This document shows positions 63,420-64,000 of a DNA stretch of 64,000 nucleotides, piece after piece. The position numbers and the translations under genes are program-made. The stretch spans positions 1,798,001 to 1,862,000 of the forward strand of contig JAYWIR010000009.1 in the NCBI GenBank assembly GCA_036172245.1. The letters are read 5' to 3'. How positions within the stretch are numbered: position 1 is the first letter of the stretch; each line of letters starts with the position of its first letter. The notes below the pieces were generated by a model, which was not told where the DNA came from, made no database searches, and worked only from the letters and a program-made list of their open reading frames with translations. The stretch comes from Raillietiella orientalis (Eukaryota).

Positions 63420-64000
63420 AGAACGGCACTCGAGGTTTCACCAGGTCAGCTGACTGACGCTGCCACCCCGAGTACGCCTCCCCATGGACTTCTGCGCTGG
63501 GGCGCGCTGCTCGACGTTCCCATTGAACGTCTGAAGTGGCCCCCGGTGCTCATGAACACTTCCGCCCTTCCCTTAAAATGGCAGGAGTCGGCTCTCCTGT
63601 TGCAGCACTGGGGACTCCCCTGCAACGCCCGCCGACACCACTGGACCTGGGGAGCGGTGGACCCTAATTGTGTTAGGTGTGGGGAACGGGAGTCCCTCCC
63701 CCACCTGCTTGTGGATTGTGTTGCCCTCCGGCCCCTTTGGTTCCGCTTTGCCGCGGCCATCGGAATCCCCTGCGGCAACCCCAGGGACGCTCTGAAAGCC
63801 CTCTTCGTTGCCGACGCCCTTCGGCCAGCGGCCTCGTTAGCAGCCCTGTGCTGCCTACGCGGGATCGTCGCCGCCTGGAGCAAGGCTACGGGAGGACCAC
63901 ACGACCAGGGTGCCATCCAGCCAGCCTCCCTGTTCCTGAGGTGGGCTTCGCGATGGCCCCACCTGGATCCAAGCATGCAGCAAGAGCTTGCCGGCATCCT
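63420..64000 (+). mobile_element. 5'-truncated L1/Tx1-like ORF2 C-terminus (zf-RVT-type CCHC), frame open to window end
   Basis: Frame from 63447 has no stop for 184 codons: DAATPSTPPHGLLRWGALLDVP...LPLKWQESALLLQHWGLPC...CVRCGERESLPHLLVDC (63669-63719). Clearly homologous to 60656-61100 and 43900-44230. Confidence 0.85.

Overview
Eukaryotic, GC-rich genomic DNA, most likely animal (arthropod-like). There are no prokaryotic operons, CRISPR arrays, rRNA or tRNA genes. Most ORFs in the track are chance or shadow ORFs. One spliced + strand host gene can be assembled by hand from GT-AG signals: 12311-12679, 16565-16669, 17601-17867, 32489-34471, 34524-34622, 35051-35905, 35964-36218, 36280-36480. 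A candidate first coding exon lies at 3590-3712 and a possible mini-exon at 3826-3861. The product is about 1,380-1,430 aa: a JAKMIP-like motif (EQNELLEFRVLELE), a long coiled coil and a C-terminal FN3-like domain. It also carries SxIP and TQT short motifs that suggest a microtubule/dynein-light-chain adaptor. All introns in the model are phase 0. The introns hold decayed LINEs, two convergent THAP/P-element-like transposase fossils and a sharp AT-rich island. The last ~26 kb is a dense graveyard of L1/Tx1-like and CR1-like retrotransposons, mostly on the minus strand; one family has a conserved structured 3' end without a poly(A) tail. An apparently identical 754-bp direct repeat (29611-30364 = 49623-50376) brackets the 3' half of the gene. 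TE boundaries and clade calls come from eye-level motif recognition in degraded frames and are approximate.
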